Source: Pelomyxa schiedti
Lineage: Eukaryota > Protista > Evosea
DNA: 64,000 nt
Assembly (NCBI GenBank): GCA_020536535.1
Contig: JAHLWZ010000867.1
Coordinates: forward strand, 4,004 to 68,003
Direction of reading: 5' to 3'
Positions 61,769 to 64,000 of the stretch are shown here, one piece after another (within the stretch, counting starts at the first letter, position 1; each line of letters starts with the position of its first letter). Position numbers and translations under genes: made by a program. The notes under the pieces are model-generated. The model saw only the letters and a list, made by a program, of their open reading frames with translations. It searched no databases and had not been told where the DNA came from.

Positions 61769-62875
61769 ATGTCGGGGGCCAAGTGGGAGTATTTCGACAA
61801 CGACAGCAGCTCGGACGAGGACGGCGGGCCGGGGGAGGGCATGAAGCCCGCGTTCGCGGTCGACGGCGAGGCGCCGGACGACTCGACGCCGCCGGCCGAC
61901 GGCCTCGACTACCTGCGCCGCGTGAGGTGGGAGGCCAACCGCTGCGCCAAGGTCGTGGTCGCCCGCGACCTCGTCCTCCAGGCCCGCCGCAAGGAGCAGA
62001 CCGAGCGCAGCCTGCGCCGCCAGGAGCGCCGCCGAGCCAACGCCGTGGCAGCGGCAGCGGCAACCGCAACCGCAAATGCAAATGCAACTGTGGGTTCCGG
62101 CTCAGCGCCGTCGATGACGCAACCAAGTGCAACTGCGCGCACAATTAGCAGTGCTACTGCGTCTAGGAGCACTCAGGGTGAAAACGAGGCTGTGGGGGAG
62201 GGGAATGGAGACAAAGGGGGGGAGGATGATGAGGACGAGGAGGTGGAGGACACTGTGAGTTGTGGATGGGGAGGGGGATTTGCCAGGGCTCCTGAGGGAT
62301 GTTGCCCATCGGCTGAGTGGGAGGCTGAAATGTGCAAGTCATTCATCGCGCTGAGGGCCTCGCTGGCCAGCCTGTGTGACGAGACCGGTGCCTTGGACAG
62401 GTCCCGGGCTGCCACTCTATTCAGCAGCAGCAGCGGCGGCGGCGGCGGCATCGATCAACAGCAGCAGAATACTCAGCCCGCGGCCGTGAGCCCACCGCCG
62501 GCAGCCACAGCGCCAAAGAAGCTGTGGTGGAATTACATGCTAGCGAGGGAGAACAACCCCAGCGGCCGGCAGCGGCCCGACGCCCGCGCCGTGATGCAGA
62601 TGGACCACGTCGCGGTGGTCGCGGCAATCTCGCACGTGGCTGCGTGGTGCCGCGCCTCGCGCGCACTGGACGACGCCGACCAGCTCGCGTGGGTGTTCAC
62701 GCTGCTGGCCCGCGTGGACGAGCCCCTGGACCCCGACACCGCGTCTGATGCCAGGGCGATCCTCAGGTCGCTGTGCGAGTCGCGGGCCAGGATCAAGTCG
62801 CCCGAGGACGTGCTCCTGGCTCACCTCAATGTGGTGATCACCATCCTTGGGAAGGTATTCCACCAGATGGGCTGA
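61769..62875 (+). CDS. GEMIN2: Gem-associated protein 2 (SIP1/Gemin2), SMN complex
   Basis: PPADGLDYLRRVRWEANRCAKVVVA; PSAEWE; WVFTLLARVDEPLDPD...RAILR; LNVVITILGKVFHQ. Intronless. Confidence 0.87.
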   Translation: MSGAKWEYFDNDSSSDEDGGPGEGMKPAFAVDGEAPDDSTPPADGLDYLRRVRWEANRCAKVVVARDLVLQARRKEQTERSLRRQERRRANAVAAAAATATANANATVGSGSAPSMTQPSATARTISSATASRSTQGENEAVGEGNGDKGGEDDEDEEVEDTVSCGWGGGFARAPEGCCPSAEWEAEMCKSFIALRASLASLCDETGALDRSRAATLFSSSSGGGGGIDQQQQNTQPAAVSPPPAATAPKKLWWNYMLARENNPSGRQRPDARAVMQMDHVAVVAAISHVAAWCRASRALDDADQLAWVFTLLARVDEPLDPDTASDARAILRSLCESRARIKSPEDVLLAHLNVVITILGKVFHQMG

Positions 62876-63105
62876 GAGCGGACCGTTTGCGGCCAGGCAA
62901 GACTACACCTCGAAAACTGACTGAGGACTGGAACAGTACTTGATGGATCCACTGAGTGCATGCAGGTTTTTGACATGCTGAATAAAGTTGATGTGCCCTT
63001 TATGAATATTGTGGACGCACAAAACCAACACACGTCGGTTCTTTTGTACTTTGCCCTTTTGGTGATTTCGGAGAAGTGAGAAAATATTTTCTTCTCGCTT
63101 TTTGA

Positions 63106-63446
<341 letters not shown>

Positions 63447-63532
63447 AGACCGTAGTTATACAGCAATGTACAGACAACAACCAGAGACCGACAATGGGCT
63501 TCCATTGAGCCGATACGCGGAACGGCTGTAGA

Positions 63533-64000
63533 ATGGGACCAACAACAAGAACAACCACCAGTAACGAGAGGAGAAGGGTACGAGTTATGCAACCAAAGTC
63601 CAAGTCTACAAGGTGCGCTCCCGGGCCCGTCGACCAACCCGGCACTGTGCATTCACACAGCACCGTGGTGCACTTGCACGCCAGGGAGCAGTGTACTTGC
63701 TGGGATGTGGTAACCATGAGACCGGGAGGATCCTGCTGCAAAAGCGGTGTAGCAATCCAATGCACTGGCGCCGGCACAATGGGAGGTGGTGGGTGTGGTG
63801 TGACGGGACGGAAATTGGCCAATCTTGTCTCTATTTTGGTTGAGAGGTGTGAGTGAAGATATGAACCGCAGTTCCTAAACTGAGATCCCATACCAGGTAC
63901 TCCCTGAAAGAAGGCTCCAAGATAGTTCTCCGAATCAATACAAACAGAAACTACTCATCATACTGGAATGGAAGCCAAGTTGACTACACTCTGACCCCGG
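63533..64000 (+). CDS. Possible 5' part of a hypothetical gene running off the window
   Basis: ORF 63533-63856, a plausible GT-AG intron near 63846-63884, then an open frame to the window end. Confidence 0.3.

Overview
Gene-dense eukaryotic (protist) genomic DNA with about 28 genes, many very short (~40-70 nt) GT-AG introns, GC-rich 5' exons and short AT-rich spacers. Gene content and style suggest an amoebozoan, possibly an archamoeba such as Pelomyxa; this is inference only. Recognisable housekeeping genes: UGGT, Pol delta subunit 3, histone H3, GNL1-like GTPase, Gemin2, a Rab, a dual-specificity phosphatase, a GH20 hexosaminidase, an NAD epimerase, an AN1 zinc-finger protein and a Clu/TPR protein. 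The most notable items are: (1) a spliced gene fusing a degenerate Rho-like domain, Kelch repeats, an F-box and a C-terminal Vint-type Hint (autoprocessing) domain, where a TAGTAG tandem acceptor could switch the Hint domain on or off; (2) two intronless Sel1-repeat paralogs 20 kb apart whose differences concentrate in one helix of each repeat; (3) an intronless olfactomedin-like gene and a run of prokaryote-like genes (RibD_C reductase, single-domain TrmO), plus a membrane-anchored SLOG-like protein; (4) an LNR-LRR receptor-like protein, a CD225/dispanin and a PCMTD-C1 fusion; (5) an internally deleted actin relic. There is one 100-N assembly gap with a 121-bp duplicated overlap. All exon structures and family calls were made by eye; no searches were run.
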